From positions 14,508,001 through 14,572,000 of the forward strand of contig OY740814.1 in the NCBI GenBank assembly GCA_963514005.1: a stretch of 64,000 nt of DNA, given 5' to 3'. Numbering within the stretch: position 1 is the first letter of the stretch; every line of letters begins with the position of its first letter. Source of the stretch: Raja brachyura (Eukaryota). The notes under the pieces are model-generated. The model was not told the origin of the DNA. It searched no databases and saw nothing but the letters and a program-made list of their open reading frames with translations. The position numbers and the translations under genes are program-made. Below are positions 48,470-62,153 of the stretch, one piece after another.

Positions 48470-50030
48470 ACGCTCAAGATTGTTTGACTTATGACAGTTG
48501 TTGGGGACATGCTGAACCTCCTAAGCCTTCTAAGGAAGTAGAGGCATTGGTGTGCTTTCTTGGCCATTGCTTCAATAGGGTTATAATAGGACAAGTCAGG
48601 CAACATCAATGGTGATAGTGCACCCGTGCCTAATGTACAGTGCTTTCTATGTTTACTTGAGCAGAAGGCCAATAGGGCTATGACATCCGTCGCATCAGAC
48701 TTGTGTGCTCTTCCAGGGTCACTGTTGCAGAAGTTAGACTGTCCTTCCTGAGGGTGAACCCACAGAAAACAACTGGCCTGAGCAGAGTTCCTAGTCCCCT
48801 GTCCTTAGAAACTGTGGATCATCTAGCGGGAGTATTCACGGACATCTTTAATCTCTCCCTTCTCCATTCTGAGGTACCCCCCTGCTTCAAGAAGGCCACT
48901 ATCATTCCGGTACTGAAGAAAAAAAAGATTTCATGCCTTAATAACTACCAACCAGTGGCCTTGACATCCACCATCATGAAGAGCTCGCGAGACAATTAAG
49001 GAACGCATTAAATCCAGCCGACAAAGCAGCCTTGACCCACTGCAATTGGCCTACGGCCATAACAGGACCACGACTGATGCCATCTCCCTGGCCCTATACT
49101 CATCCCTGGAACACCTGGATAGGAGGCACACTTACATCAGACTTCTATTCATAGACCACAGCTCTGCTTTTAATACCATTATTCCATCCAAGCTCATCAC
49201 CAAACTCATGGAACCTGTAGTCAGCACTCATCCCTCTAACTGGATCCTCGTCTACCTGACCAACAGGCGACAGACAATCAGTGAGGATAGGAGACAAATC
49301 ATCCTCTACGATAATCCTCAACACTAGTGTTCTCAGCCCCCTTCTTTACATCCATGATGGTGCAGCCAAGTACAAATCCAATTCAGTTTACAAATTTGCG
49401 GGCAACTCCACCGTAGCGGGCCGGTTATCAAATAATGACGACATGGAGTACAGGATTGAGAGCTTTGTGATCTGGTGGCAAGACATCAACCTTTCTCTCA
49501 ATGTCAGCAAGACAAAGAAGATAGTGATAGACTTCAGGAAGCAAAGCAGTACGCATGCATTGACAGCGCTGAAATAGAGATGGTTGAAAGCTTCAAGTTC
49601 CTAGGAGTAAATATCACCAGCAACGTGTCCTTGACCACCCAAGAAATCACACCAATGCTTCTATTTCCTTAGAAGGCTTTGGACGTTCGGCATGTCCCCA
49701 ACAACTCTCAGCAATTTCTACAGATACGCCATAGAAAGCATTTTATCGAGATGCATCACAGTATCAGGCAACTGAACCATCCTATCCACAACTAGAGAGC
49801 GGTCTTGAGCTACTATCTATTGCTACTTTCTATTGAGCTTCTATCTATTGCAATCTGGTACTACTGACCTCATTGGAGACCCTCGGACTATCATTAATTA
49901 GACTTTATCATGCACTTTATCATGTATCTGTACATTGTGGACAGTGTGATTGTAATGTATAGTCTTTCCGCTGGCTGGTTAGCACGCTAGAAAAAGCTTT
50001 TCACTGTACCTCAGAAACAATAAACTAAAC
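48470..50030 (+). mobile_element. Decayed Rex1-type LINE in a MEGF11 intron, preceded by an inverted fragment
   Basis: RT pieces VFTDIFNLSL..NNYQPVALTS, FIDHSSAFNTI, YKFAGNST and VESFKFLG; tail CAATAAACTAAACTA near 50020. Region 48490-48590 encodes AKKAHQCLYFLRRL on the minus strand. Confidence 0.85.
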
Positions 50031-50079
50031 TACTTTGTCCTGCCTCTCTTCCATTCCAGCTCACTTATTCCTCACCGCA

Positions 50080-50200
50080 ACAAGTTGAAAAAGGGTCCTG
50101 ACCCGTAACGCCACCGATCTAGGTTCTCCACGGATGCTGCCTGACCCCTTGGCAGCACTTTGTGCCTTTTTTTTGTAAACCAACATCTGTAGTTCCTGAT
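50080..50200 (+). mobile_element. Penelope terminal-repeat fragment
   Basis: TGAAAAAGGGTCCTGACCCGTAACGCCACC...GATGCTGCCTGACCC...AAACCAACATCTGTAGTTCC. Confidence 0.65.
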
Positions 50201-50973
50201 TTATCCTTGGAAACATAACATCTAGTCTCTTCAGCTAAACTGTTGATGTCAATTGTGAAAAGCTGGGGCCCAAGCATCAAACCTGCCCCAGCCTGCTCAC
50301 CTGAGAAGCATCATATACCTACTCTATGCTTTCTGTCTGATAACTATTTCTTAATCTATGTCAGTTCATCACCCCATTTCTGTGTTCCCTAACATTGTTG
50401 ACCAACCTGCTCTGTGGAACATTATTAAAAACCTTTTGTAAATACAAACAGGTCATATCCACTGGTTCACCATATCAATTGTACAAGTCATAAATACAAA
50501 GCACCCCAATAAATCCATGCTGACACTGCTTGGTCCTTTTATTTTTTTCAAGATGTTCTACCTTATATCCTTCAGTGAAAACTCTATGTTGCACCAAACG
50601 GGTCAGTAATTATGTGCTTTCTGTGTCCTTTACCTTTTAAGTAAGACCTCCAGAAACATTACAAATGTAAGACAAAAATAATTTGACATCAGTGATTTCC
50701 CTGGTTTTCTGGGCTAACGGGACCTTCAGCTGTGCTGTAATGTATTTTGAGTGGTGGGACCCAAATAATCTCAGGACCTGCCAAAACCAACAGCAGTAGC
50801 CATAAAGGTTGTAGCAACTTTAATATTGGAAACACCCAAAGATGCACTGCTGAAGCAGGCACTGAGCTACATAATGAGATCTAAGAAAAAAAAGCTTAGT
50901 TAAACAGATAGATTTAGAGCACATCTTAAAAGTAGAAATGAGTTCAAGAGGATTAGAGAGGAAGCACAGAGTA

Positions 50974-51486
50974 AAGGGCCTGTCCTACAAGCATGCAACT
51001 CTATGCGATTATCGCGACCTAACGTGGTCGCTTGAGGCGTCCGGCGTCGCGGGGCCGGTCCCACTTCGATTGCCGGAGCCGTGCGGAGTTCGTCCTGACA
51101 TCGCGCGGGGCTCCGAAAAACTGACTATGTTCAAAAATTCCGCGCGGCAACGGCTTGTCGGCTCGCGGTCGTCTCGATATCGTGCTTCCGTGACCCTATC
51201 TGTAGGTGCCTCCGTGACCCTCTGGGTGTGTGTGCCTCTGTGCCCCTCTCTGTCCTGGCGAACTTACCTTAAGACTTCGCTCCAAGTTCGCCTCACTTTG
51301 CGCCGCGTTGCGCCACTCACCCATCCTCCGCGCGGCCCTCGCTGCCGGTTTGGTCGCGCTTGCCGCATGCAGGCGCATGCTGGTGGGAACGGCCCTGTAC
51401 AGGGATCACCCGACCTCCGCGCGGCCCCCGCTTCTAGTTTGATCGCTTTCATCGCATGGAGTCGGATGCTGGTAGGACAGGCCCTT
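50974..51486. mobile_element. CpG-rich MITE with ~36-bp TIRs (PIF/Harbinger-like or TA-duplicating)
   Basis: AAGGGCCTGTCCTACAAGCATGCAACTCTATGCGAT versus the reverse complement of the right end, AAGGGCCTGTCCTACCAGCATCCGACTCCATGCGAT; flanked by TA on both sides. Confidence 0.85.
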
Positions 51487-52574
51487 TAAGGCTTTAGAAT
51501 TTGAAACCATTAACTCTGTAACAGTATCCCCTGTTATTGGCTCTAGCCTTCTTGAAGTCATTTAAAATGTGCTCAAAATCCATCCAAGTCTATCTTTATG
51601 CTGTGTGTTTATGGGAGAGCGATGGGTGGGGACTTCACTCACAGCATCTCCCATTTTTCTTTCAAGGTTTGTGTTTGATCACTACATCCCCAGGACGTTC
51701 CATTCCATGTTCATCTCTCAGTGAGCTTGGCCATAACAACTGCCCTTACACCATCACTGAGTGTGTAAGAGATTCATACCCATACAAACAGGTAATAAAT
51801 AAACACAATGAGATTGAGGGAAGCAACGGAAAAAACATATATAGTGCATCCTGATGCGCAGGAAGCTCAAGGGACAGCTTACCAACCTCGGGTCATTTCT
51901 CCAACAAGCATCACAAAGATTTGTAGCAAACTAGCAACATTTCACACTTCAAAACAAACCCATTATTTCACACATAAAACATTGAGTGACGGCTGTAAAA
52001 ATTCAAACATACGAGAAGGGAACTTTACAAATAATATTTGAATAATGCAGAATAATGACTGAAAGAGGGAAAGAACTACTCCTGCCCCCTCCAGCTGCCC
52101 CTCTGCCACTGACAGTAATCCGCTGAAACTTCCTCCAAGCTCCAGAAATGGCTGGAAGGGACGAAAGAGGAAAAGTTGGTTAATGGCAGAGGTACAGACA
52201 TCTCACCACATTGTTGGCCAGGTTTGGTTTGCCAATTACATTTGTTTGGTTTTGCTTGGTCATGACCTGATTCTGCTTTTCATATCATCAGGCATCCTTA
52301 CACCCCTCAGTTACGTCCACGTGTCTAGCAAATACCAAAGGCCAACTCACAGAATCCCTGGTGCACTTGGCCCTAGAGCATTACTTTAGCAGCCCCTCCT
52401 CCTCCTTTTCCTGATGACCCCCCCTTCACTGTGTGCAGGTCCAAATCCTGATGGCACTTCACCAAAAGCATAAATTTAAGGTGTGCCTAGATGGTGCCGA
52501 AAGCATCACAACTGCGTCAGACCTGGTCCTCAGGTTACATGATGCAGAGCGGTTACAGTGCTGGCAAAGCCAAC

Positions 52575-52658
52575 CTTTACTGAGATAAATATGGAATTTA
52601 GTTAAAACCCGGAACCAGCTGGGATGAGTAGAATCTGCTTTACTGTAGAAGTAGAAAT
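52575..52658 (-). CDS. MEGF11: Candidate MEGF11 cassette exon (84 nt, phase 1-1)
   Basis: Strong acceptor TTTTTCTTTCAG|, open frame (D)FYFYSKADSTHPSWFRVLTKFHIYLSK, weak donor AAG|GTTGGC. No clear homology recognised. Confidence 0.3.
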
Positions 52659-53530
52659 CTGAAAGAAAAACTAAAAATGCTGGAAAAGCAACTGAACGCG
52701 TTTGGAAATAATTATAGGGTGACAAGGAAAATGTTGAGCAGTGGAAATAAACTGGAATGCTCTTTAAAAGAGCGAGGACAGACACATTCTGTGATCCGAC
52801 ATTCACAGCAGAACAAGCAGCATCTGTGGAAAGAGACGATGGATTATGCGGTTTTAATTGGATATAAATACACCATCAAATGGAGACAAAATGTCCCACT
52901 ACATTTTCAAAGAAGAGCAGGGGCGTTGTGCCAGGCATTTTGCAACAATACTTTCCCTGGACTTCACAACATAGGTGTGGCAATGATCTCTCCCTTTGCA
53001 GAGTCCAAAATTATGGTCACAGTCTCAAAATTAATGGTCAGCCATTCAGGACAGATTTGAAAAGAGGTCATGAGTTATTTTTAGAGCATTAGAACAATGT
53101 GCATGGCAATCTGTATGCCAGTATGTCCGAATTTCTTCCATTATAGATGCAAATTGTAAGACTACAGCTGTCTGTAGCTGTGTTTCCACACTGTGAGAGG
53201 GCATTCCATAACCTCACACTGCAACTTTCGTACATGAATCAATAATGCATCAACCTCAATTATCATGTCGAGCTCCTTTCTGTGATCGTAGTTTGGGTTG
53301 TCAGTCTACAGCTTTGCAATAGAGGCACATCAGTCATTCTGCTCAAATAAAGAAAGCAAAGGCTGTGCAGTACTTTGTCAGAAATGTGATTCTATGGGAG
53401 CTATAGAGGGGAGATAGGACAATAAAGTGATCATTCACCTTGTTACCAGTGAACGAGGTCCATCTACAATATTACCACTGCCATTTTAGCCAAAACATTT
53501 CAAAGTAAAATCATGTGAGGGCTTACTGAC

Positions 53531-53654
53531 CTAAATCATTCAAGTTACTGTAGTTTCGCCATTCAGGATGCAATGAGTTGTTGATATCTTGTCTACAGCC
53601 TTCTTGCCCAGAAACCTCTACACTCTTGAGACTTGAGAAAAGCTGTTTTTTTGT
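53531..53654 (-). CDS. MEGF11: MEGF11 cytoplasmic exon
   Basis: Acceptor AAACAG|; encodes TKKQLFSSLKSVEVSGQEGCRQDINNSLHPEWRNYSNLNDL; donor TAG|GTCAGT; 124 nt, phase 0-1, fitting its neighbours. It resembles the MEGF10 segment QLFVNLKNV..WKH..YLNELG. Not in the ORF track. Confidence 0.8.
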
Positions 53655-54601
53655 CTGTTTGTGAATTAATAAAAGATTCAAATTTAGTTAATCGGGCTAA
53701 CTTTTGGTATGACAGAGTTGTCACTTCAGTATAAAAGCTCATTTTACATAATGTAATGCATCGCCCAGTGTGTATCAGGACATCGCTATAGGGGTCAAAT
53801 AAATGATTACAAGTTCTTAATTGATTAATAATCTCTGCTCCGATCTGACGATGGAACAGAGCCTACAAATTTTAATATGTTTTTAAAAAATACTGCCGCA
53901 TGTCCTCGGTGATTGGATGTGATCATGTACCAAACTCATGGCTGTGTTTTGTTTAGTGTCTTTCCCCTTCCTCTGGACCCCAGTTTACAGCTTGGATTTC
54001 CCTCCCAGACATGGTATCTGCATCGTGGCTGTGTAAAATCCCAAGGGAGATTGCCTCCCAGGCGAGAGGCTGACCCGAGTGAAATCTCAAGTCTTAACTA
54101 TATAAAACTGCAATTGTGTAACCGAGCTTCTTGACACAATGACACCAAGCTGCTTTCTTTGAAGCGTAAGGCTCCAAGTTGCTCATTTAATCTACTTTTC
54201 TCTGTTCTCAGCTGTAGCTTTGAGAACAGGTAGCATGCTCTTGGCTCTGCCTTTCTGATCATTATTGCCAGGACATTTGAAAACACCGCAGTGATAGGGT
54301 TCGCAATGTTCTCTCTGCCACAATGATTAGCAGCAGAGCTATCTACATCACTTGAGCCTGCTGCAGTGTTTTATACATTTATCTTGCTCGGATGTCGGTT
54401 TGGGAAGAAATATCAGTAAAACATTTAGCTGCATTTAAAAGGTGGAAATTATTTAATCAGTTGAGACCGTCTTTAATGCTTGCCAATTTTCCTCAAAGTA
54501 ATTTTCTAATTAGATTTGCAGCATTTGTGGCTTTAGATCACAAGGTCACAAGTGAGTGCTACAGCCACTGCAATTTAGTGGAATATTATTTTGATACATA
54601 C

Positions 54602-54720
54602 CTTAATGTGACAACTTCCATCTGAGTTATTGATAAAACGAGTGAGGCGGCCACATTGGGCGAGTGTGTGGTAACTAGGGTTGGTGAAACAGTGAAGGGT
54701 GCTGGTACTCTGAGATGGAT
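54602..54720 (-). CDS. MEGF11: MEGF11 cytoplasmic exon with NPxY motif
   Basis: Acceptor CTTTCCTTAG|; encodes (D)PSQSTSTLHCFTNPSYHTLAQCGRLTRFINNSDGSCHIK; donor AAG|GTATGT; 119 nt, phase 1-0. Confidence 0.88.
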
Positions 54721-55694
54721 CTAAGGAAAGATAAGTCAGCACAAAATATACGCACATGGAGTAAATATAAATATATCTAATAGTGAGACAAGCAAAGACT
54801 GAGCAGAGGGACAGACAGTAGGAAATGTATGGTCCAAAAGAAGAGTCTGAAAAGCGGGAACAAAAATAAGAAAGGAAATAGAGACAGAGAAAGAAAATTA
54901 ATGAACAATTAATGATCTCCAGTATCATAATCATCAATATCTTCTACATTAAATGCCTGTGGACACTTTAATGCTATTAAGACTGTCAAATAAGTCACAA
55001 GTGTAAAGCAGAAACAAAATACATTGAAGTAGAATAAATAAGCACACATCGCCACAATATAACACACTGGTTGTATTTTGAAAACAAATCTGAACCAAGA
55101 ATAAATGCTGTAGAGACACTAAAATGTGCCAATATGTACCAACTCTGCAGAAAGAACATCTGAGATGTTGACGGAATTCTTGAGACCAGTCACTTACACA
55201 AAGTCACTGTAAAGATTACATCAGTTCAACCCTGCAAATGTTTGCTGAACACATTATTTCTGACATCAATAAGATTTTGTGGAAAATTGGAACGCTTAAA
55301 CACATTACTCGAGGAATTGAGTTACCAGCTTGAACTACTCCGAGGGGAATAAAGCAATTGGGAGTGAGAAATGTTTGACTTAAACTTTCTTTTTATTTTC
55401 AGTCCGTAAGATTAGTTCTCTTATACTTGAGGTCTCCCCATAATTATATCAACCACAGTTTCCTATTCATTGTATGTGATCTGTAGGATACCTATTAAAG
55501 GGAATGGGATAAATTGAGAGCTTTTCCAAAAAAGCATCACCAGCAGGATGGGAAGAATGTCCTTCTTCTGTATTGTAGAATTCAATAACTTCCAGCTAGC
55601 TGCCAAAAGTTGAATCAGTGGTGATATCAAAGTTTGTTTATTTGGCCGAGACTGAGAAAATACTGCAAAGCCAAATGCCACAGAGATATTAAAT

Positions 55695-55885
55695 AAAAAC
55701 AGAAATGGCTGGAAATATTCTGCTGGTCATGCCACATCTGTTGCAAGAGAAACAGAGTTAATGTTTCAAGGCAAAGACCTTTTATCAGAACATTCAAATC
55801 TGGACTTCGATCTGAAATGTTAAGTCGTTTTTCTCCCCACAGATGCTGCCTGACCTGCTGAGTATTTTCTGCAGAGTTTTTAATT
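55695..55885. mobile_element. Old inverted Penelope terminal-repeat insertion
   Basis: AAAACAGAAATGGCTGGAAATATTC..CACATCTG ... CAGATGCTGCCTGACCTGCTGAGTATTT inverted arrangement. Confidence 0.65.
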
Positions 55886-57019
55886 TTAATGTTCAAACAG
55901 TCCCCAATTTACACCACATGCATCTCTATTCAAGTCCCATCCTTCACATTCAAAGTTAGGTGGGATCAAACATCTGTGGGTTCAAACATCTCCAACTCCA
56001 AGTACCATTCAGACATTCACTACTCCGTGTGAAATCCGTACCCAGACATGTCCCTCGGTGAAGCATGGTAGTGTTACAGATGGTGAATACTAGCAGGGAC
56101 GGTTCATTGGTTTCAAAGGCAGGATCAAGTATTACCATGAATCGTATCTGATCACTGGACATTCTTTTAAAACTACTAAATAAGTAACACCACATTTCTC
56201 GTCACATACCTAACTATATAAACTAAACCAAGTGAGTTGCAGTTTGACTGGTCGAAGATAGTTTTATTTTTGTTCCTAAAAAGGTTCTTACAATTAGCCT
56301 CATGAGCTAAAGCCAATTGTGACACATAAATGACCTATGATATCAAGATGAAATGCAGAGAATTGCAGATGAAATACAGAGAATGCCATACAGAGAATTG
56401 CAGATGCAAATATTGAACATTTTGTGCCTCCAAAAGGTCAAAGATATCAGCTATAATTCTGCGATGGAAAACATAATGGCTCTGACTATAACATTTTCCT
56501 ACCTTCCCTGCCTCAAATCATACCTTGGACCAGACGCTCTAATTCACGGACACTCTTGCAAAATAGAATAGATAATTCTAAAACTCCATTCACAATCAAC
56601 TAATGACATTTCAACTGAATTATTTATCCATGGCACATAGTTTCCCAGAAAATATATTTCATGTATCATGGTGAAAAATATATAAATTTACAAAATGGCA
56701 TTCAAGGATGAGCCACAGATCATGTTGATTTCTTGAATCTCTTCCTCTTCCCCACCATCACTGACCTTGGACACACTGCCCAGTCATTCTCACCCCTCCC
56801 TACCATACGCCCACTCCATTAGTCACTATACAGTGATCCAATGACTACCTCTCTTCTAGATCCTTATGCCAGCATAGAATAATCACACACTGCCCCGCCT
56901 GGTGAAACAGTAATTGATAGATGTGGGTACAGCTTTTTTGTTAAAGAGAATGAGTATTCCACCAAAACTATTCTACCCTAAAAAGCAGTTGAACTGTTTA
57001 ATCTCCCACGGCAACCCTG

Positions 57020-58182
<1,163 letters not shown>

Positions 58183-58555
58183 CTACATGGAATGACAAAA
58201 AATGTACAGCATGGAAACTGGCCATTCAGCCCATTTCCCTCCCACACAGCCCGCACAAGCCTTCTTCACATCTCCCTACCACAATATCCCTCTCGTAACC
58301 CCTCCAACTTAACATTAAAAAAAACTAGAAACAAAAGCTGGCCACTGGCCTTTGATGCATGATCTACCATTCAGTACGTTCGTGCTTAATCTTAAACTCA
58401 GACCACTTTCCTGCACTAACCGCATATTCCGCAATTCTATCAATAACTAAAAATCTATTGATAGGTATCTTAGTAGAAACTCTGTGACTGAAGTGTCATG
58501 GCGGCTCAACATCCATTGGGTGAAGAAATTTCATCCCATCTCAGTCCTGAATGGC

Positions 58556-58832
58556 TAGTTTAGTTTAGAGATACAGCACGAAAACAAGCCCTTTGCCCCA
58601 CCAAGTCCCGTACACTAGCACTATCCTACACCCTAGGGACAATTTACAACATACAGAAGCAAATTAACTGACAGAACTGTATGTCTTTGGAAAGTGCAAG
58701 GATTCCAGTGCTCTCGGAGAAAACCCACGCAGCCACAAGGAGAAAGTACAAATTCCATACAGACTGCACCCGCAGTCAGGATCATACCTGGGTCTCCGGT
58801 ATGACAAGGCAACAACTCTACCACTGCGCCAC
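58556..58832 (-). mobile_element. HE1-like V-SINE inserted in a CR1 remnant
   Basis: Minus-strand head GTGGCGCAGTGGTAGAGTTGTTGCC...CCCAGGTATGATCCTG, V-domain GCGTGGGTTTTCTCCGAG, and a (CTAAA)n tail. Confidence 0.88.
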
Positions 58833-59404
58833 AAATTCCTATTTTGAACCTACGATCCCTGGTTCTAAACACCTCAGTCAGGGGATATATCCCTCTGCAT
58901 CTAATCGTGAAAGAACCCTAAATTGAACAGAGTACAGGTCCAGTCTGTTTAATCTTTCTTGATGTTATAAATATGTAGCTGAGGAATTAATCAGATAAAC
59001 CTTTAAGACACTTGCCAAAGCAGAGAGACCAGAATTAGGTGTGGTCTTACTGCACATCATTCCTCTCACTAAAATCACCTTGTCACCACCTAGTATGTGG
59101 AGAATTTTACTTTCCGGAGATGAAAGGGTGAAGTCAAACAAAAAAATATTCTGATGTTTATGCAAACTTTGACAAAGCCTTTCCAGTTTTCATTAAAATC
59201 ACTCCCAAATTCTGGCATCCAATATGATGTTTTCAAATTGTGACTGCATAGACACAAATCTGTAGTTCCCACTTTATTTACAATGTTCATTTAAATGCCA
59301 CTTGCAATTCCTCAGTGAATTAGATCAAGATTTCCCAAAGACCCAAATCTTAGATTTAGATTCAGGCCAGTAATCCAACTGACAACTACTTTTTTTCGTA
59401 GTCA

Positions 59405-59590
<186 letters not shown>

Positions 59591-62153
59591 TCAATATTTC
59601 AGTAGCATAAGGTTTACAGCAGTTTGTAACAGTGAGCATCTGAATTAGCAGTTCTTCTTGGAAATGTTCTTTAAACAATGTTGTACTTGTTTATTTTTTC
59701 CCCATATAAAGGGAGGTTATTATATCGAACAAGGAAGGATGCTTTATTGAGCTTTCCTAAATGCACATTCTATTTATCCAGAACCTATTAAAAATCTTGC
59801 CTCTCTACCCTTGTCCCAACAACCCACTACATTATAAATGTTCTGTCCTCATTTATAAAAGAGTCTGACTATATAGATTTCTTGCTCATTACCAGTGAAG
59901 TATGTAATTATAAACTAGTCAATCCCTTGTCAAGCAGGGGCAGGCAGGCAAGCAGAATGTCATTTTCAGGTTACAGTATAAAGCATAAATGAACCCACAC
60001 AGCTACATTATACAGATCCCTACACTCAACTCAGACAAATATCAACTGCTGTTAGATGACTATCAGTTTGTCGAATGATTCACTTTGATTTTCTCGAAAC
60101 TTGCAAGTCATCTAGTTCAAGAAGCTTTCCATGGCCCAATGTGGCACATTGAAAAGGGCCAGAGTAGGTGCTTAGCGGACATACTGCAGCTCGTGCAGAC
60201 CAGAGAAGAAAGGAAAGGTCTGAGAGGAAAGGTGGCAGATTAAGGCCCACCCATCAATGCACACTAAGGGGCTGGAACCCACAGAAAATCACCTCACATT
60301 CATCAGTCATAAAGATTTACGCCATGGAAACAAGCCATTCGGCCCACCACATCTGCACTAACTAACAGTTATCCATCTAATCTCATCTCCCATATCCTTT
60401 TATGCCTAAGCAATTCAAGTGTTCGAGTCTTTTTAAATGCTGTTAATGACCTTGTTTCAATGACTCTCTCACCGCTCTCTGAATAATTCACCTAGGAAGA
60501 GTTAGTGAAGTGAATGGATAGAGGGTCCAGATGCAGTTCCCCTTTCAGTTAGTTCTGTTTCTTTTAAGTCATGCAACATTTCCTTATTTTATATTTGCAT
60601 TGTAGAAATGTTACTCAAATTGTGTTAGTTACTTTTCAAACACTCTGGAAATACTAAAAAAAAAACAACTCCTCAGTGATTTCCCAAATATGTAAATCCT
60701 AGGTGCCATTAGAGAATGCCATTCTAATTGTGTGGTAGTCATATAAATGGTGACAGGAAACTTGGCACTTGCTTTGACTCAGTCTGTGCTACAATTTTAA
60801 TTTCAGGCTTTGCAGGCCAGGCCTAAAATATTTATGGTACAACCTAAACTTACAGAAGATAGATAGGGAAGTTTAATCAAGATAATATAAAACATTTGCA
60901 AACGTGTTTGTGTATTGATCAGACCTTTGCTATATTAGCCCAGCATTTCATGTTTGGTTATACCATAAATGCTGATTATTCTGTAATCAAAACTAAATGC
61001 TTCCACGTGTTATGTGCAGTCAATCCACTGACAAAGTGAAAATAGAGGCATTGTCAACAGCCCAGCCTACTTTGGTGCAATGACAGGTTCAGTACCTACT
61101 CATCTTCAAATGGGGATGTGCTGGCCCCAATAGAGAAGTAGTGGGAGACAATGAACAGCTGGTGCATTGGCTCCTACAGAAGAGCTCTAATTCTGTCCGA
61201 CAATGCATTACTCCAGTAAACAATCGAGGTTCACGAGTGCAGCTCCTTTGAAATACAGTACTGACAATTAAGCAAACATTAAGCTGTGTATATAACTGCT
61301 GTCATGTCGCAGGCAGAATACTTCACTAGCAAATTGTTATGTGTTGCCTTGAGGCTGTAAGAATAAAACAGAAAAAAATGGATCAATACATACAATGTTG
61401 AAACTTATTCCCACTTTACTTAAATGTCTTGTTCATTAATGATTCCATTTCCAACCAACCTAATACGTGAGAAAATGGATAATATTGTTGGGTCCCTAAC
61501 TTTGGTAGATTCATCTGTGACTGCAATTTTTGGTGCCTATAGTATTTATATATACAGTGCCTTTGGTATGATAGGGAATGGTTTCCTAACCACAGGGAAA
61601 TCTAGACTTAACATACATTACATGAATAATCCCTGTGGTGAAGGAACATGTATAACTAACTGAATTTCATGGTTTCCTGTTAAAGAGGGAGGACCAATCT
61701 TCACTGCACAGCTACAACCAAGAGACACATGGTGTGCAGACAGGTAGGAATGTAATTACAGAGAAGGGTTTGTACATTAATTGGAGTGAGCGTGGGGAAA
61801 AAAGATATACAGATTGGTTTTTGGTTCTCATTTTGTGTCTACCTCACTATCGTATGAATGACAAGGAGCTCTCTGCAACATGGCTCTATACTGAAAATAT
61901 GCAGAAACACCTTTAAATACCATCTCCCAACAACTCATTAAGGTTATGTCTAAGGCTAGTGAGGAACAGAAAAGGTTTAAACCCATCCTATTCTTGAAAA
62001 GAACTACTTCCTGCATTAATGGCTGGTTCTTTTGTTGTACTTCAGAAATATTCACGGGGAATTAAAATATCAGCACCTGAGGGTTCCCTCCATTGAAATT
62101 AATACAGGGAAATTGCACATCATGTGTTCGGCTAGAAGTGGGCTTAAGTAAAT

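Noticed and set aside
50938-51489. 183-aa ORF
   Set aside because: Coincides with the GC-rich MITE and has no transposase or other motifs.
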